NCBI RefSeq assembly: GCF_009914755.1
Contig: NC_060938.1
DNA length: 64,000 bases
Direction: 5' to 3' (one strand)
From: the human T2T-CHM13v2.0 reference genome, Homo sapiens
In this document: positions 58,600 through 64,000 of the stretch, piece by piece
How the letters are laid out: each line of letters opens with the position of its first letter
Position numbering within the stretch: position 1 is the first letter of the stretch
Program-made: the position numbers and the translations under genes
Notes under the pieces: model-generated
Databases searched by the model: none
What the model was told of the DNA's origin: nothing
The model's input: only the letters and a program-made list of their open reading frames with translations

Positions 58600-60086
58600 T
58601 TTTCAGGGTATTGTACAGACTCAAATGGATTGAGGACTGCTTCAATTAGGACAATCATTTTTTGTAATTCAATGTTTACAACTTAGTATGTATGCAATCG
58701 TACTACTGACAAAATACAGAATGATAATATTTTCCATCTCTTAGTAATCTTGTAATGGAACAGAAAAATATCCTGTGTTTGCATTTCTTGCAGGAATCAG
58801 CTGTTATAAAGAAACATTAGGGCTTGTTTCTTCTGTCATTGATATCTGAATGCTTTTAATATACTCATCCTAAGAGTTGAATAATGGCCTACTCTGTTTA
58901 CCTGGGATGTGCTACTTCTTAAACATGAGCTGATGAAGTGTAGCCTTTCAAATTAATGGATGAGGTAGCTCAATCAATGTAATCATCAATGCTTGAAGTG
59001 AGGGGAAAAGGAAGAAAACAGAAACATTTTTCCTATCAACCAAAATGCACATCCTTCTCACCCATCCATCATACAGCTTTGGAGAGCTAAGAGGAAAGAA
59101 GACATACACAGTAGAAGATGAATCCTGAGAGAGCAAATCAGAGAGAATGGATGAAAATGCCTCACCTAAATGTGGTTCAGTACTCAAAGTTCTGCAGTCA
59201 GGTCGCCACATTTTCATTTACAATTTCTATTTTCTAACTTTCTAAATTATAAGAATAATTTCGATAGATACCACAAAACACATATATACAGGATATACCA
59301 CAGCACTGGGCATCAACTTAAAATACTCATGAGGTGAATGTAAGGCACTTTCGCGGTTTACAAAAGTGAATGCCTCAAAGTTAGATATTTATCAAAAATG
59401 GAAAAATATCCCTATACAAGTTTATAGGAGCCCTGAAAAATCAAGTACGTATGAATCATTACCAATCTTGGCCAACATTTTGAGAGCCTTAGTGTGACTA
59501 AAGATCAGAGATATAATAGATAAATAACTTTTTTAAATTGGAGTTCTATACATCAGTGTCAGGATTCTAAAACTGCTCTCATAAAAATCTGTCTCTTCTA
59601 AGTTATTTCAGTTCTCAGCCACAGAGATTGAAGAACAGGACAACCACTCAGTGTACCACTGTTTAGATTTCATGATGATACCATACCACATCAGTTACAA
59701 AGAGACTGGAAATAATAAAGGCTTTGAGTTTGTTTTGTTATTTCCTACAAATATTATAATTAAGATAGAAACTTATTCAAACTACTCAAAAATGTAAATT
59801 TTATGTATTTTCTTGAAATCATGAATTTTTAATTTCCAAATACAAATATTGTTGCTCTAAATAATGTGAGTTTTGTGACTCTTCAAAATTAAAAGAATGT
59901 AACCTACAATATAATGTATTTTCTTGTCTATGAGAGACCAAACGAGCTTAGGTAGCGTAATGCTAAAAAATTGATTTAAGGAAATAATCTATTTTTATGC
60001 CATCTTTCTCCAAAACTCTTAAAAAGCCAAATCTTCTCTAGGTCATGGTTGGTAAGGACAGGTCATTAACAAAGTCAGGGATTCAG

Positions 60087-60455
<369 letters not shown>

Positions 60456-60461
60456 TTATTT

Positions 60462-61145
60462 TTTGTTGTTGTTTTTATTTTTTGAGTCAGGGACTCACTT
60501 TGTTGCCCAGGCTGGGGTATAGTGGCATGAACACAGCTCACTGTAGCCTTGATCTCCCGGGCTCAAGCGATCCTCCTGCCTCAGCCCCCAAGTAGCTGGG
60601 ACTACAGGCACACACCATCATGCCCAGCTAATTTTTGTATTTTTTGTAGAGATGGGGTTTCATTCACTATGTTGCCCAGGCTGGATTTTTTTTTTTTTTT
60701 TTTTTTTTTTTGAGACAAGATCTTGCTCTATCATCCAGCCTGGAATGCAGTGTCATGAACATAAGCTCACTGCAGCCTAGACCTCCTGGGCTCAAGTGAT
60801 CCTCTCACCTCAGCCTACTGAGGAGCTGGAACTACAGAGGCACCAGACCCAGCTAACTTTGTGTAGAAACAGGGTTTTGCCATGTTGCCCAGGCTGTTCT
60901 CAAACTCCTGGGCTACAATCTACCTGCCTTGGCTTCCCAAAGTGCTGGCCACGGCCCCCAGCCTAACATTTTGAAAATTATTATTATTATTATTTTCTTG
61001 CTCTGTCACCCAGGCTGGAGTGCAGTGGTGCAATCTCAGCTCTCAGCTCACCTCCGTCTGCTCGGTTCAATTGATTCTCCTGCCTCAGCCTCCTGAGTAG
61101 CTGAGATTACAGGCATGCGCCACCATGCCTGGCTAATTTTTGTAG
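60462..61145 (-). mobile_element. Three tandem Alu pieces, sense within the L2HGDH 3'UTR
   Basis: Alu reverse-complement blocks at about 60462-60685, 60687-60963 and 60980-61145. Confidence 0.9.
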
Positions 61146-61304
61146 AAAATTATTATTTCTATGTTACATCATTTTAACAATGCAGTGGTTATCTTTGACC
61201 TAAAAACGAAAGTTTAAAAACCATTTTTTAAATTAAAGAATGCAATTAGTACATTCTTGTTGCTGACATGAAGATTACAGTGCATACCTAGCTCCTTTCA
61301 TTAT

Positions 61305-61500
61305 TTATAATTCAAATCTTTGTTGTACTTCATCTGCAATCATTCCAGAAATTGCAATGGAAGAAGTAGCAGCAGGAGAAGGTGCATTTCTCACATGAAG
61401 AATGCGATTTCCAATATCCCCAACTCCTGCATCAAATACAAAATCTTCTACCAGATTTCCATCTCTATCCAGGGCCTGGGCTCTTACTCCAGCTGGGCCC
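61305..61500 (-). CDS. L2HGDH: L2HGDH last coding exon ([22 protein letters not shown]...QQRFEL*), L-2-hydroxyglutarate dehydrogenase
   Basis: Acceptor tttacttttgcag|G at 61501; AGVRAQ and [10 protein letters not shown] motifs of the L2HGDH/LhgO family; TAA at 61305-61307. Confidence 0.97.
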
Positions 61501-62667
61501 CTGCAAAAGTAAAAGATGGGAGTCAGCTGACTCAAAGACATAGGATACTTTACAAGTCAGCGTTTCCAAAAAGTCTTAAAGCAATAAAGTATTCTTCTAA
61601 ATGCACAATTATATGGAAACCCAATGAGTTTATGTTTAACCAAAGGCTGTCAGTTGTAGCCTGTCAAACCTATATTGTTAGCTTAGAGCCTAAAACCTAT
61701 TACGTAACAATAGTGTAACAAACGCTTATCAAAGAAATACATAAAAACAAGTAAGTTATTTATCAATGTCTGCTCTTTCCAAAGGTAGTAGGTAAATCCA
61801 CATTTAATTAGAACAGGTATATTTTTATTTAAATTTATAGAATGAATTTATTATAAAAATCAATCAATGGCAACAATAAGCCTCATCTGAGTAATACAAA
61901 TCAATGAAAGCAGAGGTTATGTGTCAGTTGCATTCCTGTATCCTATTCTACTTATTTTTGTGTTTTTAAAATTCACACAATTAAAATTTATGGAGAGAAA
62001 TATTTGCAAATGGCAACAAGTTCTTGTTTTGCAGTTTGTTTTTAAGAGTTTACCCTTCAATATCAGGATCATCTTCAATTTCAAAAGATGATAGGAAAAG
62101 CATAAAAATAAATTTAGCAGCATGTTAATAAAATGAGAGTCTTTTTTTTTTTAATTGAGATAGTCTTGATCTGTTGCTCAGGTTGTGTACACAACCTCGC
62201 CTGGCTAATTAAAGAAAATTTTTTTTTGTAGAGACAAGGTCTCCCTACGTTGCCCAGGCTGGTCTCAAACTCCTGGCCTCAAGTGATCCTCCCACCTTAG
62301 CCTCCCAAAATGATGGGATTATAGGTGTGAACAACTGTAAAGACACTGATAATCTTTATTACTTAAAATTCTATTTTATAACATTTGAGCTCACAGATTT
62401 TTGTTGTTTTTTTAAACAGTTAAAATTTACAGATGAAATTTGAATCCAATGTTTTTGAACTACAAAAAAGCACCTCTTATGAAACTTGTCCAAGGAAGCC
62501 CAGTGTGAAAAATCCTATCTTATACACACCAGCAAGGCTCAAGAAATCAGGAAACAATATTAAACATTTTTTACTAATTCTGGGACAAATCAGATAAGTA
62601 CTTGCAGAAGATACAAAGAACACTATGAAGGCACTGCCCTCTAAGACTTCAGCTGGCTGAAGAGAGA

Positions 62668-62822
62668 TAATAGTAATAGCTATTATTTAGTAAGTGCTTA
62701 CTCTGTGCTAGGAATTACCTCATTTAATCCTCAAAACAACTCTTAAGAGGCTGACACAGTTTATATTTAACAGCAAAGAAACACAGAGAGATTAAGTAAC
62801 TTGCCTGAAATCACAGAGCTAT
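62668..62822 (-). mobile_element. MIR SINE
   Basis: catttaatcctcaaaacaactc ... gagagattaagtaacttgcctgaaatcacagagct. Confidence 0.8.
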
Positions 62823-62974
62823 ACTATTCATTCGTAGAGAGGTAAATAAGAATTATAACAGTAAGAGTGAAAGGTTGTATGATAAAGATAAGTGATCTTC
62901 CCTATAGAATCCTGCAGGGAATCTGGACAAGAGATTTTTTAGCTGTAAGAATTTCCAAGTAAGAATCAGATATG

Positions 62975-64000
62975 GGAGTGAGTGGAGCAAGACGGTGGAA
63001 AAGAAGCCTACAAACATTGGTTCGGCTGCTAGAACACCAAATTTTAACTATCTGCACACAGAAAAGCACCGTCACAAGAACCAAAAATCAGGTGAGCAAT
63101 CACAGTGGCTGGTTTTGACTTCATATCTTTGAAAGAGGCATTGAGGAGGGCAGAAAAGATGGTCTTGCATCGCCAATGCCACCCCTCCCTCACCCCCTAG
63201 CAGCAGCCAGCCATGTGGTGTGGAGACAGAACCTATGCACTTGGGAAAGGGAGGGTACAGTGGCTGGGGGCCTTTACACTGAACTCAGTGCTGCCCTGTC
63301 ACAGTGGAGAATAAAGCTGGGCTGGGCTCAGCCAGCGCCAGCACATGGAGGGAGCATTTGGACCTGCCCCAGCTAGACAGGAAGCATCCATCCCAGTGGT
63401 CAGAACTTGAGTTTCCCTGCAAGCCTCACCACCGTGGGCTGAAAAGCTCTGGGGTCCTAGATAAACTTGAAATACAGTCTAGGGCACAAGGACTCCAACT
63501 CCTCAGCTACTAGCACTAGGCTGGGCTTATAGTCAGTGGACTAGGGTGGCATGTGATCTAGGGAGATACCAGCCGGCATAGCTAAAAGAGTGCTTGCATC
63601 ATCCATCCCCCAAACAAAGGCAGCTGCAATAGAAGTGACTCCTTTCTTCTGCTTAAGGAGCAAAGAGCAAAGAGTAAAGAGGACCGTCTTACATCTTGGA
63701 TTCCAGCTCAGCCACAGTAGGATATGGCACTGGGCAGAGTTGTGAGGCCCGCATTATAGGCCCTAGCTCCTGAACAACATTTCTAGACCCACCCCGGGCC
63801 AAAAGGGAACCTACTGCCTTGGAGGGAAAAACCCAGTCCTAGCAGGATACATTACCTGCTGACTAAAGAGCCCTTGGGCCCTGAATAACCAGCAGCGATA
63901 CCCAAGGAGTGCGTCATGGGCCTTGGATGAGACTCTGAGATGTGCTGGCTTCAGGTGTGACCCAGCACATTCCCAGCTGTGGTGGCTACAGTGAAAGACT
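62975..64000 (+). mobile_element. 5'UTR of an old L1 (L1M/L1MA-type) in the last L2HGDH intron, running off the window
   Basis: GAGCAAGACGGTGGAA start resembling CAAGATGGC; caagaaccaaaaatcaggtgagcaatcacagt; ctgctgactaaagagcccttgggccctgaataac. Confidence 0.7.

Noticed and set aside
61320-61718. 132-aa + strand ORF opposite the L2HGDH last exon
   Set aside because: Antisense shadow of a coding exon; no independent support

Overview
Human (primate) genomic DNA, extremely Alu-rich, from the SOS2-L2HGDH junction (both genes on the - strand; chr14q21 by gene identity). It holds SOS2 coding exons 1-5 (codons 1-238: histone-fold region and start of the DH domain; all junctions phase 0, GT-AG confirmed), the SOS2 CpG-island promoter, about 10 kb of intergenic DNA, and the last coding exon plus long 3'UTR of L2HGDH. 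The rest is Alu, L1, L2, MIR, LTR (THE1, MLT2, MLT1-like) and DNA-transposon (MER2, MER5, MER33, MER58, MER102) relics and microsatellites; most ORFs in the supplied track are Alu/L1 or GC-content artefacts. No evidence of a new protein-coding system. The most unusual structure is a cluster of recent locally templated insertions at 51.6-56.0 kb, led by an AluY carrying a ~320-bp inverted copy of neighbouring DNA inside a single 7-bp TSD, which creates a ~98%-identical inverted repeat. Other candidates: two AUG uORFs upstream of SOS2 (one polyalanine from a GCC repeat, one overlapping and ending in exon 2), a poly(A) signal in the loop of an inverted-Alu pair in the L2HGDH 3'UTR, a THE1 LTR pointing at SOS2, and a possible poison exon. 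Repeat subfamily names come from recalled consensus motifs, not a database search, and repeat boundaries are approximate.
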